Origin: Heteronotia binoei
Taxonomy: Eukaryota
Reading direction: 5' to 3'
Assembly (NCBI RefSeq): GCF_032191835.1
Contig: NC_083237.1
Span: 10,788,001 to 10,852,000 of the forward strand
DNA: 64,000 nucleotides
A program made the translations under genes and the position numbers. Below, in pieces: positions 59,958 to 64,000 of this stretch. The notes under the pieces are model-generated. The model was not told the origin of the DNA, did not search any database, and was given only the letters and a program-made list of their open reading frames with translations. The stretch's first letter is position 1; each line of letters begins with the position of its first letter.

Positions 59958-60925
59958 TTAAGAGCCCCGTGGCGCAGAGTGATAAAGCTGCAGTACTGCA
60001 GTCGGAGCCCTCTGCTCACGGCCTGAGTTCAATCTCAGTGGAAGCCAGTCAGGTAGCTTGCTCCAGGTTGACTCAGCCTTCCATCCTTCCGAGGTCAGTA
60101 AAATGAGTCCCCAGCTTGTTGGGGGGAAAGTGTAGATGACTGGGGAAGGCAATGCGGCAGCACAGCTCCTAACTGGATTCTCTATATGGGCAAGGAGTCG
60201 ACCAATGCTGTACTGCATTGGTTACCGGTTGAGTACCGGCTCTGTTTCAGGGTTTTAGTATTGACATTCAAAGCCTTACGTGGCCTGGGACCGACATACC
60301 TGCGGGACTGCCTCTCCCCATATGAGCCCCGAAGGGCATTGCGATCAGCCAACCAACACCTTCTGGTTATCCCTGGCCCCAAGGACATCCGCCTTCTCTT
60401 GACTAGGGCCAGGGCCTTTTCAGCCCTGGCCCCAACCTGGTGGAATCAGCTCCGGGTGGAGGTACGGGCCCTGCCGGATTTGTTACCCTTCCGCAGGGCC
60501 TGTAAGACAGAACTGTTCCGCCAGGCATTTAGTTGAGGCAGGCGGGCGTCCTCTACTCTGTTGCCTATACCATCGGCTGCCCACCCCCACAGTGACCTAT
60601 CATCTGAACCTTTATATCTGGGCCACTGAATGATTACATTTAAAGTTGCACTATGTGCCGCCCGCCTCTGCTATTTAATGTTGATGTAATGCTGGTTTTT
60701 AAATTGTATTTATTGGTTTTATTATATGTGACTGGTTTTTATCTGTATGTGATCCACCCTGAGCCCATCTGGGAAAGGGCGGAATATAAGTGAACCAAAT
60801 AAATAAATAAATGGCAACCCCCCCCCCCCCCCCGTAAAAAGTCTGCCATGAAAACATTGTGAAAGCAAATTCACCCCAGAGTCGTAAACGACTGGTGCTC
60901 GCACAGGGGACTACCTTGACCTTTT
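59958..60925 (+). mobile_element. Sauria SINE split by an L2 3' fragment inserted at about 60153-60812
   Basis: The SINE stops at GGAAGGCAATG and resumes at AATGGCAACCCC. The insert encodes LHWLPVEYR...RAFSALAPTWWNQL...KTELFRQAF and ends in (AAAT)n. Confidence 0.85.
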
Positions 60926-61829
60926 GAAAAGTCCATTTAACACCTGAATAAAATAACGGCTCTCAAATCACACCATACCTCTTCCCTTAAAGGATGCCTA
61001 CTTTTCCTGTTATTTTAATCCATGAAGAAAAATATTGAGAACAAAATCTAAGGAAATCGGTACAGAAAACGTGAAAAAGCACAAGAAGCGTTGAGAGGAA
61101 AAGAAAAAATAAAGCATGCACAAAACGGATTGTGGGGTTATTCTTAAAAAAAATGTATTTCACACTAAACGAAAACCATTGTTGACGTCAGCATTTGCTT
61201 TTTTTTTTTCTCCTTTTAAAATGCTTCACAAACAACAACAGGATGTAAAGGTCTACTTTTCGAGTTGCCACTTCAGGGATCTCAGCTTGTTTTCGAACCC
61301 TGCGGTTACGCCTGTGAAACGGCCAGCTGCCATTCTTCATCATCATTTGAATGTCGAGCATCTGAACTGAGGCAGCTGAAACCAGAAATCTTTGACACGT
61401 GGGCGACCAGAATGGTGTCAATCTTAAGCAAAAGCAAAAGTTCCTGAGCAGGATTCTAAAAGGCATTGTGCTTGTTTTTGGCTGGATGCATGTTGTTGAC
61501 TTGAATTAGGATTAGGACAGTCCATGGGTAGCGTAGAAGGGATACATTTGATCCAGATGATAGGAACTTCGCTGTTAAATCTGTGGTCTCTACTTCTGAC
61601 CTCTGACCTCTATGTGTTTTGAAGGGAAAGATTGATCTTGGGGCTGAGCCAAAAGGTACACACTGACTTTGTTTGTCTACATAACCATCAGCATAGATGA
61701 ACCTGTGAATGGTCTCTAGAACCAGAGGGCTGGAGGAACTGAAAATGTTAGGCCTGTCCCTGAACTGAGAATCAATGTCGTGTATATAATAAATACAGAT
61801 CACATACGAAATCGCTTTACATTCCATCA

Positions 61830-62822
61830 GATAATTGGTGCATCGAAGCTGGTGTTGTCTACTCAGTCTGGAAGTGTTTGGACAAGTGAAGGCTTACAAG
61901 TATTTGGGAATTACCTTTAATGTGCAATCATCATTCTGCCATCAGATTTTAGGTGCTTCCAAATGTGTCCCCTACTCATCCATTTGTTCAGAGCTAGGTT
62001 TACACCTTCTAGAAACCAGAGCCTGGATTATGGCTTTTAAATTCTGGTTAAAAATTCATGTCAGAACGGATTCAGGAAGTCTATTACGCTACCTGATGAA
62101 AGACAGTCATAGCATTACTTGGCTCTCTACATTTACCCAGAAACTACAAAAACTTGGTATTGAAGTGGACACTCTTTTCTGATGTGATGAATTATATATC
62201 TTAAAAAACAATCCAACATCTATGGATCACGAATACCAAAAAGTGTTCCCCTCATATTCCCCTGTTTGCTCTGCAGACAATCTAGGCATACCCCATTGAT
62301 ATGGGGAGATACCCCATCATTTTTTTTTTTACTTTAGACTCCCCATTCCATCATCGGACTTTTACTTTGGTGTGTTTAAATGCCTTCCCATCAACAGTTC
62401 TCTGTGGTAGGTTTAGACAGGTACCTCTCCAAAATAGATTATGTCCATGTGAATTAGGCGTCCCTGATTCTACATCCCATATTATTTTAGAATGTCTTCT
62501 CCTGGCCTCACAACATTGACAATTTTTAGCTGAATATCTCCAACACAACGTATTTACTAAAAGGAAAATTCTAACCTACCTTTTAGATGTTGTTAATCCC
62601 CACATTACTACATGTGAACTTCTTAGTAGAAGCCTATAAAATTAAATCTAGGCATACTACTGTATTTTAATTATTGGGTGTCTACTCTTGATTAGTATTA
62701 TTGGCTGCTATTTTAATTGATTGTTTATGTATTGTTCTTACTATATTTCAGGCTTTTTTACCTGCTTTTGATTTTGAATCATTATTGCTCTTATGCCAAT
62801 AAAGGTCTGAACTGAACTGAAC
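61830..62822 (+). mobile_element. LINE ORF2 3' remnant with a C-terminal zinc knuckle and (CTGAA)n tail, clade uncertain
   Basis: YKYLGITF, FKFWLK, RLCPC...HIILEC; AATAAA followed by CTGAACTGAACTGAAC. Confidence 0.65.
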
Positions 62823-63049
62823 TAGAGGAGATTTGACTGCTCTGAGACTCTGAGATTCAGAGTATACGGTGGGATATAAATCTAATATCATCTAATATCA
62901 TCATCACTGAAATTCAATTGAGACACTGACACTTTGCACTGTATGGGTTTCTGGGCACCATTGTAAGAGGGACTGTGTATCATGTGTCTGTGCAATGTTT
63001 AGCCATCACTGGTGGTCCCCACTAGTGGACCTCTTGATGGCACTTGGTT

Positions 63050-63817
63050 TTTTTGGTCACTGTGTGACACAGAGTGTTGGACTGGATGGGCCATTGGCCT
63101 GATCCAACAGGGCTTCTCTTTTGTTCTTATGTGACACAGAGTGTTGGATTGGATGGGCCATTGGCTTGATCCAACATGGCTTCTCTTATGTTCTTATGTG
63201 ACACAGAGGGTTGGACTGGATGGGCCATTGGCCTGATCCAACATGAACATAAGAACATAAGAGAAGCCATGTTGGATCAGGCCAACGGCCCATCAAGTCC
63301 AACACTCTGTGTCACACAGTGGCAAAAATTTTTATATACACACATACACTGTGGCTAATAGTCACTGATGGACCTGTGCTCCATATTTTTGTCTAAACCC
63401 TCCTTGAAGGTGGCTATACTTGTGGCCGCCACCACCTCCTGTGGCAGTGAATTCCACATGTTAATCACCCTTTGGGTGAAGAAGTACTTCCTTTTATCCG
63501 TTTTAACCTGTCTGCTCAGCAATTTCATGGCTTCTCTTATGTTCTTATGTGACACAGAGGGTTGGACTGGATGGGCCATTGGCTTGATCCAACATGGCTT
63601 CTCTTATGTTCTTATGTGACACAGAGTGTTGGACTGGATGGGCCATTGGCCTGATCCAACAGGGCTTCTCTTTTGTTCTTATGTGACACAGAGTGTTGGA
63701 CTGGATGGGCCATTGGCCTGTTCCAACATGACTTTTCTTATGTTCTTATGTTACACAGAGTGTTAGACTGGATGGGCCATTGGCCTGATCCAACATAGCT
63801 TCTCTTATGTTCTTATC
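63050..63817 (+). repeat. CR1-tail minisatellite (about 7 units) interrupted by an inverted CR1 3' fragment at about 63245-63528
   Basis: 67-bp units on both sides. The central piece is the reverse complement of one unit plus the CR1 ORF2 end (KLLSRQVKTDKRKYFFTQRVINMWNSLPQ). Confidence 0.9.
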
Positions 63818-64000
63818 TAGTGTTTTGTTGGTCTTAAAGGTGCCACTAGACACAACATTTGTTCTATTGTGTCAAAATATTGTTGTCACTTCTGAATTAC
63901 CACCACTGGCTGACTTTAACCACTTGTCCATGTTTTATTTTTTGAGATTTTGTTTTTCTACACTGGCGTATCTTTTTTCAATACAACTGATTTTCAATAA

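Noticed and set aside
61000-61830. Possible exon or protein-coding segment (123-aa minus ORF at 61456-61827)
   Set aside because: No recognisable domain or convincing splice-site pair in any frame I read. It is left unannotated.

Overview
Vertebrate genomic DNA, most likely a squamate reptile; a gecko is suggested by abundant Squam3-like, Sauria-like and Squam2-like SINEs (inference, no search run). The window is a mixed chemoreceptor cluster. It holds one apparently intact six-exon vomeronasal type-2 receptor (V2R) gene on the minus strand (23921 to 9885, 873 aa by my exon joins) and exons 1-2 of a tandem paralogue (5944 to 2469). Three intact single-exon olfactory receptor ORFs follow (25690-26646 minus, 32760-33710 plus, 40893-41861 plus). 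The rest is dense transposable-element sequence: CR1, L1/Tx1-like, L2 and RTE/BovB LINE fragments; a DIRS/Ngaro-like retrotransposon carrying a solo LTR; hAT and PIF/Harbinger-type MITEs with clean target-site duplications (TSDs); and three assembly gaps. The most notable structures are: (i) the 67-bp CR1 3' tail amplified into minisatellite arrays, one with a dimeric higher-order repeat and an AT-to-GC substitution gradient; (ii) V2R exon 5 caged between two inverted CR1 copies; (iii) a mosaic V2R segmental duplication; (iv) a SINE followed by V2R-intron flank sequence 54 kb from that intron. I see no prokaryotic system or CRISPR array. Coordinates of repeats without TSDs are approximate, and identities are by-eye estimates.
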